NCBI GenBank assembly: GCA_963848305.1
Contig: CAWKDC010000002.1
Span: 1 to 21,518 of the forward strand
Direction of reading: 5' to 3'
Source of the DNA: an uncultured Gammaproteobacteria bacterium
Lineage (GTDB): Bacteria; Pseudomonadota; Gammaproteobacteria; JABCZS01
DNA: 21,518 nucleotides
In this document: piece by piece, positions 10,702 through 21,518 of the stretch
How the letters are laid out: every line of letters starts with the position of its first letter
How positions within the stretch are numbered: position 1 is the first letter of the stretch
Position numbers and translations under genes: made by a program
Notes under the pieces: model-generated
Database searches by the model: none
What the model was told of the DNA's origin: nothing
Seen by the model: only the letters and a program-made list of their open reading frames with translations

Positions 10702-11140
10702 TTAAAAGTTCGCACTTATCGTTGCTGAAACAACACCATTATTTTGTTGGTTAATATAATTTGTGTTCACTTGAATAGAAGAGGAGAAACGAACCATGCT
10801 TGACACGGGGACAGAAATTTCCGCACTACCGTTTGCCGATGCTGGAAATTCATGGCCAAATTTATGTGATACACCAAAACCGACGATGAACGTAAATCGG
10901 GCCCCCTGGTTCGCCAGCTTGTTTAGGCTCAGTGACCAATGCAAGCCTTGCATTGATATCACCAAAAGACTCATCGGCCTTCCCAGTTTTCTTAACATCA
11001 TACACAGTCACCGCCACAGAGCCCTCTTCGAACTCTAAACCTACAGCTCCTCCAATTTTGTCTTCCCTTGGATTAGTAGCAGTGGCAGGGGCAGTAATAG
11101 GACGCAGCTCAGCATAAAATGGCGTGAAACTCAATTTCAT
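10702..11140 (-). CDS. Hypothetical ~145-aa beta-strand-rich protein; apparent frameshift in the C5 run at 10902-10906
   Basis: ATG at 11140 after a GGGGGA RBS. Removing one base from the homopolymer joins ORF 10862..11140 to the 3' part of ORF 10702..11001, giving ...EPKQAGEPGARFTFIVGFGVSHKF...VVSATISANF*. No family recognised. Confidence 0.55.
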
Positions 11141-11220
11141 ATTTGTATTCCCCCGAGTGAAAGTGATAACCGTTCAAATACTATCACATTTTTTTACAAA
11201 ATGGTGTAGGGTCTGTTGGC

Positions 11221-11279
11221 TAATGGTATCATTACCCTTTCGATACATTTGGCGCAGAATACTTGATAATGGTATCATT
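11221..11279 (+). repeat. Two exact 13-bp direct repeats TAATGGTATCATT upstream of the Tus-like gene
   Basis: Copies at 11221-11233 and 11267-11279. The second ends 4 nt before the AAGGAGA RBS. Confidence 0.75.
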
Positions 11280-11295
11280 TCACAAGGAGAATAGC

Positions 11296-13215
<1,920 letters not shown>

Positions 13216-13233
13216 ACAAGTTTACAAGCCGAA

Positions 13234-13509
13234 TTATTCTGCAGCTTGAGTTTCAACTGGCAATACGCTGACGAATTGACGATCATGCTCGCCACCCTTT
13301 TTGAAGGTGACTACACCGTCGATCAATGCGAACAGGGTATGATCGCGGCCTACACCGACGTTCAAACCAGCATGGCAGCGTGTGCCACGTTGACGGATCA
13401 AGATATTGCCTGCTTTCACAACCTGGCCACCGAAACGCTTCACCCCTAAATATTTAGGGTTGGAGTCTCTACCATTTCGTGTGCTACCACCGGCTTTTTT
13501 AGTTGCCAT
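13234..13509 (-). CDS. rpmA: 50S ribosomal protein L27
   Basis: [43 protein letters not shown]...GRDHTLFAL; AAGGAG RBS upstream. Confidence 0.98.
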   Translation of the reverse strand: MATKKAGGSTRNGRDSNPKYLGVKRFGGQVVKAGNILIRQRGTRCHAGLNVGVGRDHTLFALIDGVVTFKKGGEHDRQFVSVLPVETQAAE

Positions 13510-13522
13510 TTTGCACTACTCC

Positions 13523-13836
13523 TTAAACGTTGATGCCGAGGATTTCAATTTCAGTGAAATCTTGACGATGACCTTGGATTTTATCGTAATGTTTACGACG
13601 TCTGAATTTTTGGATAAGGATCTTACACCCCGACCATGGCTCAATACTTTCGCAAGTACTTTTGCCCCTTTGACTAATGGTTGACCGATTGTTACATTAC
13701 CGGCGCCGTCTGTCAGAAGCAACACTTCATCAAACGCCACTTCGTTACCTGTGTCAACAGGCATCTTGTGGATTTTGAAGGTATCCCCTACAGCGACCTT
13801 GATTTGCCGGCCACCCGTCTTAATTACAGCATGCAT
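13523..13836 (-). CDS. rplU: 50S ribosomal protein L21; apparent 1-nt deletion near 13625
   Basis: ATG at 13836 after AAGGGAG gives [14 protein letters not shown]...VLSHGRG. Restoring one base gives [33 protein letters not shown] (TAA at 13523-13525), the canonical L21 C-terminus. The 206-aa track ORF is over-extended at the N-terminus and ends in the wrong frame. Confidence 0.95.
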
Positions 13837-13865
13837 AGTGCATCTCCCTTTCGAACTAGACCCGG

Positions 13866-13894
13866 ATTCTAAAAGAATTTTCCCCAATAAGCAA
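13866..13894 (-). promoter_or_regulatory. Putative sigma70 promoter of rplU-rpmA-obgE
   Basis: Minus strand TTGCTT, 17 bp, TAGAAT, ending 30 nt upstream of the rplU ATG. Confidence 0.6.
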
Positions 13895-13933
13895 GCCCTT
13901 TTTAAAAAAACCCTGCATTCCTTCAAAACCCTA

Positions 13934-13962
13934 TTGACCCTGCTCCCCATCCCGACTATTAT
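13934..13962 (+). promoter_or_regulatory. Putative sigma70 promoter of ispB
   Basis: TTGACC (13934-13939), 17 bp, TATTAT (13957-13962), divergent from the rplU promoter. Confidence 0.6.
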
Positions 13963-13969
13963 CATGCCC

Positions 13970-14754
13970 ATGAAGGCAAAAACCCACATTCCTACCCTCG
14001 AGAGCATCCGCCGCCCGGTGGCAACTGCCCTTGCCCAGGTTGAAGCCCTGCTACAAGACAACGACCCACACATCCGCCTCGCCCTTGATGTGTCCACCCA
14101 TGTACTTGAAGCAGGTGGAAAACGTCTCCGCCCCATTGTTTTATTGCTGGTTACTGGCCATTTGGGCTATGAAGGCCCTTCCACATTGACTTGGCCACGG
14201 CGATTGAGCTGGTTCATACAGCCACTTTGCTGCATGATGACGTTGTCGACGACTCCCCCCTGCGTCGCGGCCGTCCAACGGCCAAGCAGATTTGGGGCAA
14301 TCCTGCCAGCGTGCTGGTAGGCGATTATCTCTATTCCAGAAGCTTTGGTTTATTGGCAGGTTGTGAAAACATCGCGGTCACCCAATGCATGGCCAATGCC
14401 ACCCGCACACTCGCCCAGGGCGAGCTCATGCAATTGGCGCAACGGGGAAACCTGAATCTGACCATTGAAGAACACATGACGATTCTGTCTGAAAAAACAG
14501 GCAAACTCTTTGAGGTAGCCGCCGTGATGGCCGGTATCATCGCAGGCGCTAATCACTCTACCCTTGATGCACTGGCCGCCTACGGAATGCAACTGGGTAT
14601 TGGTTTCCAACTGATTGATGATGTACTCGATTATCAAGGCAATACCGACACCCTGGGCAAGCGCCTAGGGGATGATTTCAGTGATGGGAGCCTGACCCTC
14701 CCACTGATTTACGCCCTGAACCGGCACCCCTCAAAAGGATTTTATCGCGAATGC
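13970..14754 (+). CDS. ispB: Octaprenyl/polyprenyl diphosphate synthase; frameshifted near 14180 and 14720 and truncated by the fold-back apex
   Basis: GGKRLRP in ORF 13751..14320. ORF 14191..14766 has AIELVHTATLLHDDVVDDSPLRRGRPT, VLVGDYLYS, KTGKLFE and GIGFQLIDDVLDY...LGK..GDD (both DDxxD motifs). Divergent from rplU, the conserved position of ispB. The start could be 13964 or 13970. Confidence 0.93.
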
Positions 14755-14778
14755 CATTCGCGATAAAATCCTTTTGAG
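14730..14778. repeat. Apex of the fold-back: perfect 24-bp inverted arms around a 1-nt centre (14754)
   Basis: CTCAAAAGGATTTTATCGCGAATG-C-CATTCGCGATAAAATCCTTTTGAG. Confidence 0.95.
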
Positions 14779-17700
14779 CGGGTGTGCCGTGTTCCGAGTG
14801 ATTGGGAGGGTGAGGCTCCCATCGCGTCCCCAAGGCGCTTGCCCAGGGTGTCGGTATTGCCTTGATAATGCGGTACATCATCAATCAGTTGGAAACCGAA
14901 CCCGGTTGGCATTCCGTAGGCGGCCAGTGGTCAAAAAGGTAGTGATTAGCGCCTGCGATATGATACCGGCCATCACGGCGGCTACCTGGAGGACTCCTGT
15001 TTTTACGGTACTTCAATGGTCCCGTTTCAGGTTTCCCGTTGCAGCAAGCTCGCCCTGGGCGAGTGTGCGGGTGGCATTGGCCGTGCGACTGGGTGACCGC
15101 GATGTTTTCCGCAACCTGCCAATAAACCAAAGCTTCTGGATGGATGATCGCCTACCAGCACGCTGGCAGGATTGCCCAAATCTGCTTGGCCGAAATTGGA
15201 GCCCCACGGGAAGTAGTCAACAACGTCATGATCCAGCGAAGTCGGCTGTATGAACCAGCTCAATCGCCGTGGGCCAAGTCAATGTGGAAGGGGAAGCTCA
15301 TGACCCAAATGGCCAGTAACTCACGAGATGAAGCTGGTACCTTCAAGTACATGGTTGAGCGTGGAAAAAGACGATTTGTGGCTTCAACCTGGGCAAGGGC
15401 AGTTGCCTGGGCTTTTGCCTTCATGGGCACTAATAAGGTCATTCGGGATGGGGAGCAGGGTCAATAAGGGTTTTGAAAAAGGAATGCAGGGTTTTTTTGA
15501 AAAAGGCTCTGCTTAAGTATACGGGGAAAATTCTTTTAGAATCCGGTCACTATTCGAAAGGGAGATGCACACTATCCATGCTGTAATAATGCTCAGCAAG
15601 ATGGTGTAGGGGATACCTTCAAAATCCACAAGATGCCTGCTGACACAGGTAACGAAGTGGCGTTTGATGAAGTGTTGCTTCTGACAACAGCACGGTAAAT
15701 ATTCATTCATCAAAGGGGCAAAAATTAGCTTGCGAAAGTATTGAGCCATGGTCGGGTCTGGGGAGGCCCTCCAAAAATTCAGACATCATAACGTTGATAA
15801 AATCCAAGGTCATCAGTACAAGATTTCACTGAAATTGAAATCCTGCAGAAATTTAAGGAGTAGTGCCAAAATGGCAATATAAAAAAGCCGGTAGCACACG
15901 AAATGGTAGAGACTCCAACCCTAAATATTAGGGTGAAGCGTTTCAGGTGGCCAGGTTGTGAAAGCAGGCAATATCTTGATCCGTCAACGTGGCACACGCT
16001 GCCATGCTGCCTTGAACATTGAGTGTAGGCCGCGATAAGTACCCCTGTTCGCATTAATCAACAGTGTTGCAGTCACACTACAAAAACATGATAGTTCATT
16101 CGTCAGCGTATTGCAAGACTCAACTGCAGAATAATTCAGCTTGTAGGGGCGCATATTTGCGCCCATTTTTCAGTGACATCTCATCGGTTTTCAGTCGATG
16201 AAGTTAAAATAACAGTAGAAGCCGGCGATGGCGGTGACGGCATCGCCAGCTTTCATCATGAATACAAACCCATGGGCGCCTGCGGGTGGGCGGCGATGGG
16301 GGCAGTTTGACCTTGAAACAAATGCGATATTCGGACACACCTTATTAGATTACAAGTTTCTGCACGTTTGCACCAGTGCCAAACGCGGGCAAAATGACAT
16401 GAGCAGTGAATGCACAGGCCGCAGCGGTGCAGCGATATTTGGTACCGAGTTGATGAGATAGCACCACAATGGGCAATCTCAATCAACCTAATCAACGCTT
16501 ATGCGTCGCACAAGGGGCGTGAGAAAGGCATCGGCAATATCCGCTAAAAGCTTCTACAAATCGTGCGCGTCAAATGTGCCCCCGGGCAAACCTGGCGAAC
16601 ATCGCCAACTTCGTTTAGAAGCTGAGATAACTTCCTGGATGTGGGATTATTGGGTAGTCCTAACGCAGGTAAATCCACGCTTATTTCTAAAATTTCGGCT
16701 GCGCGTCCCAAAATCGCGGATTATCCTTTCACCACGTTATATCACTAGTTCAAAATATGGCAAAGATTTCGTGGTTGCTGATATTCCAGGTTTGATTGAA
16801 GGTGCGAGCGAAGGTGTTGGGCTGGGGCACTCAGTTCTCAAGCATTTAAAACGCACACATATTATTACACATATCGATGTCATGCCTGTTAATCGATCCA
16901 AATATATTACCTGCAATTCGTTCAGGAATTGAAAAAGTACGACGAAGAATCTCTATGAAAAACCTCAGATTTGGGGTTGGTATTGAATAAAATCGACTTG
17001 ATTCCGAAGATAAGCGCGCTCCTTGAGACAACCATCGTCAAGGGATTGAAATGGAAGGGCACTGTATTCACCATTTCTGCATTTGGCTGGATTAGTACAA
17101 TCCATTAGTGAATGCTGTGGGTGAATATTTCAAATTAAATACAAATGCCCCCAAATCGCCGGCAGAAACACCTCAGAAATACAATTTTTAGGTTAAACAT
17201 AGCTCCGGGTTGGGCGGTTTTCTTGTTTCTTCACGGTTTTAGGCACTGAGAATCTTGGGTAATTCTGTGTTCCTGCTTGGTGTAAATAAACAACGGTAAT
17301 GAGCCTTTCAACATATGCCGGGCAGAATTACCTCCTTTTGGCTGCGGCATCACGATGCTGTTGGTACCAGCAAATGAATGAGGCGCCATCCTTTGGACGA
17401 TGGCAATGTGTTCGCTTTTCTTTTAAATTACAACTTATTGATTTGAGCTAAAATGCCTTCATCATTTCCTTTTTTTTCTAATAAAGCAATCAGCCTGTTT
17501 TTTTGAAAAATGTTTTTAATTGATTCGGTATTTCCCCATAACCAGCTGACCTTTAACAGGGACATAGAGGATGGACATCTCAATAGCATTGTTTCAGATG
17601 CAGATCATAAAGCCCACCAGCATGAAAGGGTATAATCTGTTTCTGGTGATGTTGGGAGAGTAATGCTTGAAAAGCATAAAACAACACTTAATCACACTCT

Positions 17701-20700
17701 CCTTAATTGATTCAGCATTTAGGTTTTCAGCAGATTATTTAAATGCTGATTTGCACATATTTTGAGGCATGAACATTATCAAGGGTTTTCTGGCTTCAGG
17801 CAAAAAATGGGAATCTCTCAGCACCCTTGCTTGTTCCATCTATATATTCCAATTGTTTGAGTAATCGAATACATTGTTGATGGGTATGCCTCAGTGATAT
17901 CAGTCCAGCGGTTGCAGTCCAGCAGGTAAGTGTTGTTTGTTCAATGGATAGGGTGACTTCCTGTAAGGCATCACATAATCCAGCAAATGCATCAATAAGC
18001 TGCTAAATTCACAGCGCTGAGATCCTATTCTTCCCCTTGCTGGAAATCGGTACCATCAAGATTGTTGCTGCACCAAATGGTCCATTAGCCAACAGACCCT
18101 ACACCAGGATTTTGTAAAAAAATGTGATAGTATTTAATAAGTTTCATGTTTCACTGGGGTATGCAAAATATGAAATTCAGATTTAGCACCATTTTATGAG
18201 CTACATACTTGCTGTTGCCCTGCCACACCTACCTAATCCAAGGGAAGACAAAATTGGAGGAGCTGTAGGTTTAGATTTCAAAGAGGGCTCTGTGGCAGTA
18301 GTCCTATGATGTTAAGAAAACTGGGAAGGCCAATGAGTCTTTTGGTGAAGAATGCAAGGCTTGCATTGGTCACTGAGCCTAAACAAGCTGGGCAAACCGG
18401 GGGGCCTCAGGTTTTGGTGTATCACATAAATTTGGCCATGAATTTCCAGCATCACATGGATATACGGACAAGCATGGTTCCTCTTCTATTCAAGTGAACA
18501 CAAATTATATTAACCAACAAAATAATGGTGGTGTTTTCAGCAACAATAATCAAATGTTTTTCAGAATCCCGTGGAGCAACTTCATAGCTACAAGGTCTTT
18601 CAGCCATTTATTCAAATGACACAGCACGTCACAAAGTTTCACGCACTCAAGGACAAGACAATGTCGTTTTGATCTCCTTCGTGCAAATATTCAACTAAAC
18701 CGACAGAACTAATGATTTGTTCAAAAAATACACAGCAAACCGAACTCGCTGTATTTTAAGACTTTAATGTCCTTATCCTAGGGAATCGCAACATTATCCA
18801 CAGACTTATCCCGATTTGCTGTGGACTAAGAACCAACCATGCCAGTTTGATTGAGCATAAACACGAATAGTGCGCATTAACGTTCTCCTGCTTCAGGTCG
18901 ATGGCATACACCTACAGTAACATAAGTAATAGCGCAGCAAATATGGGCCATCAAAACTGTCATCAAATATTTAACGTGAAGTGGTGACTAAGATTTCATT
19001 ATTCAGCAAATCCTTTTATGTGATCCTCTCTGCATTTCCCGAATGCCTACCAAATTACCCCCACGTTAGTATAATGAGCTTTCAAACCATCAGTGATATC
19101 TTGCGCTGGGGCACTAGAAAGCAGAGTTATACTATGGGCGCGAAAGGTCCAGCAGCCATGTTATCTGGCAACATTCTTGATTTGCAGTTTTAATCTCAAT
19201 GACGAATTCTTTGATCCAAATTTGACCCATTTTCTAACAAGGAATCTCAATCACAGCCATCACCGAACACATAATGAATGTTTGCCAGTGGCCTACATTA
19301 CGAATGATGCTCCATTTTCATGTGGATGAACGCGTAGGTGTCACGTTCCCCAATTGGTAAATTGATCGAAAAGACGAACATCCCACGCGTGCCTTGGATT
19401 TGTGCACTGGCAGCATTACATGCGCCATTGCTGTCGCCCTTGAGATGACTGATGATATTGATGTCGATGCTCTGGATATCGATGAAGATGCCTTGGCTGT
19501 CGCGGCCATCAACGTGAAAGCCTATGAACTGGAAGATCGCGTTCACCTCTGGTCAGACCTTTTCGAATCTGCGTGAACATCAATACGATTTTATTTTGGC
19601 CAATCAGCCTTACGTCCCACGGGCTCCATTTGAAGCGTTGCCAGATACATCGCAGAACCCGAGCACATGCTGGCTGAGTGACTGTGTCATTCCTATTTTG
19701 GATCAGGCTGCAGCCTATTTAAAACCGAATGGTTTTTTGATTTTGGAGCTGGGTGAAGCCCAGGAAAGCCTTTGAAGCCCGTTTTCCACACTTTAAAGGT
19801 GAATGGTTGACCTTTGAAAATGGCGGAGAGGGGGTTTTCAGCTATCTCTGCGCAACATTTATCCACATGAACAAATACAATACAGTAGTGGTGGTACTGT
19901 ATCTATTCATAGGTAGAGGATAACAAGGATAATGGCAGGAGGGAGCACGCTCATGAAACAAATCCTCACCGTTGGTTGGACACTATGATTGCGAGCCGCA
20001 GAATGAGATTGGGTTCTATCGCTCCTGACACTCTCCGTGTTGGCGAGACTATGCATGCAAAGATTCCGATTCAAATATAGGGCAAAATCAATGAAGAAAT
20101 CTGTGGGTTGCGATCATTTCCACCACTCCGCCGGTTGATGACCTCACGTTGATGGTATTCGGAAGGTTAGATCACCGCAAATCCGCCTGTCTTCTAAATC
20201 TCCGGTTTCGTTACAGACACTGGCGATGACAGTTCGAATCAGCAATCTCACAGAAAACAAATCAGTATCAATATGAATTGATTTTGCCGAAACAAGCCGA
20301 ACCCCTAAACAGAAACCTTTCGTTTATAGTTAGTGTCAAATCGGGTGATACCTTGTGGCATGTGGCTTCAACGTTTGCCAAACGTATCAGAAGTCACACT
20401 TGATGGATTAGATTTGGCCACCTTGTCAATAAAAAAGCCTTTGCAAAAGGAAATGAAAATCAATTGATGAGCGGTAGCTATTTGAAGTTACCCACAAAGT
20501 ATCAGTAGAACCTTAAAACCAAAGCATGCTCCATCAGTTTTAAACCGACTAGATGTCATCACGCATCCGCGTGAGAAAGTAGGCGTTGCTCGTGGTAGGC
20601 TTCTTTTCCAGAGATTGCTGATGGAAAGCAAGTGGCCATGAATTTTCCAAATACCATACCAGGGCGTGCCAGCACTGAAACTTCTGAATACCAGTTCACG

Positions 20701-21518
20701 GAAAATACAATAAGCCTTGTTTACCAGTACATTGAATTCTGTGTTGGGCGCGGAAGATACCGCCTTTGTTAAACCTAGAAATCAGCACGATGCCGAGAAC
20801 AAGTGCGCGTGAAGCGAACACCAACAAGCGCTTGAGAGTCGAGAAATTGAATGATATGCAAGTTCAATTGCATTGACCGAACTGGTTGCAAGAATATGAA
20901 GCTGCCGTCAGATTTCAGCCACGACAACCCAAGACCACATCATTTTTGAGATGGTTCATAGCGATTGGAATCGCTTCTTTATTGATGTATGCGTTTGAGT
21001 ATATTCACTGAGACCCGTGGTTGTTGCTCCGGTCACGAAAACACGAACCGTTGCTCGCGTTTGCACGACGTTGAGCCCAAAGGTGACATTCGAAGGAGAC
21101 CCTCCTTCAGAATGTGTTCAGACAAAGCTGGATACTGACAGAATGCTTCATGAATATGGCGATAAAGCAAATACAGCAAGACATTTTATCAGAAGTCATA
21201 GAGGAAATCCTTCACAAATCATCCACTGAATTTTTGAGATGAGCCAATTGAATTGAATAGAACACCTATTTATTAAAAGATTATAGGGCACCTGCTACAC
21301 CATCCACAAAGTTACTTTGCGTTTTCAGTTGTTTGAGGAATCTAGAATCAATTCAGCAGTTCTTATTGTGCGTGGCCTTGGATGTTTTCCAAATGCACCC
21401 TTGAGGTACTGCGATAATTGAGACACTAACACTATAACATTATCAATCAATGGTAATCCTTTAACAGCAGAGCAATTAAGACAAAATCAATATACGTTGA
21501 GCAGTAGGTCAATATTTA
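14755..21518. repeat. Degraded inverted copy of ~7500-14753 (ispB, rplU, rpmA, obgE, tus-like, hypothetical, intergenic, prmB, fimV, pepN 5' end); probable fold-back read artefact
   Basis: Mirror order is preserved throughout: ispB ATG mirrored at 15422-15424, rpmA start at ~15871, obgE at ~16180-17190 ([15 protein letters not shown] reappears), DnaA boxes at 18794-18828, prmB LDLCTGS at ~19394, fimV ATG at ~19953, pepN start at ~21253. Dense indels; about 6.76 kb mirrors about 7.25 kb. Confidence 0.96.

Noticed and set aside
11264-11283. Fur box (TGATAATGGTATCATTTC)
   Set aside because: The half-site spacing is one base shorter than the 7-1-7 Fur consensus and the adjacent genes have no evident iron function.
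14730-14778. Hairpin telomere of a linear replicon, or a protelomerase target
   Set aside because: The apex interrupts ispB before its C-terminal helices in a core chromosomal region, and no protelomerase gene is present. A single folded molecule explains it more simply. Only read-depth data could revive this idea.
17400-18600. G-to-A excess in the mirror arm as deaminase or DGR-type hypermutation
   Set aside because: It is accompanied by dense indels and is not confined to a target. No reverse transcriptase or deaminase is present, and purine miscalls are an expected long-read error.
14774-21229. ORFs called in the right arm as new genes or pseudogenes
   Set aside because: All are fragments or off-frame translations of the mirrored ispB, rplU, rpmA, obgE, prmB and fimV sequence.

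Overview
Gammaproteobacterial housekeeping region. Only about 14.75 kb is unique sequence. In order it contains: pyrD (5' part, minus), large NAD-glutamate dehydrogenase, pepN, a compact FimV/HubP-like gene, prmB, a ~560-bp intergenic region with a DnaA-box cluster of DARS-like geometry, a small beta-strand-rich hypothetical gene, a divergently transcribed Tus-like replication-terminus-binding protein gene, obgE, rpmA, rplU and ispB. At position 14754, inside ispB, the sequence folds back: 14755-21518 is an error-rich, deletion-biased reverse complement of about 14753 back to about 7500. This is best explained as a fold-back (template plus complement) long-read or amplification artefact, so all ORFs called after 14755 are mirror debris. 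Several 1-2 nt frameshifts in the first arm (pyrD, fimV, prmB, hypothetical, rplU, ispB) are probably sequencing indels. The most interesting real biology is the 10.3-12.2 kb block: a DARS-like DnaA-box array, a divergent Tus homologue that appears to lack the canonical lock residues, and a tandem 13-bp repeat in front of it that could be its non-canonical Ter/operator site. All family assignments are by eye from recalled motifs; no searches were run.
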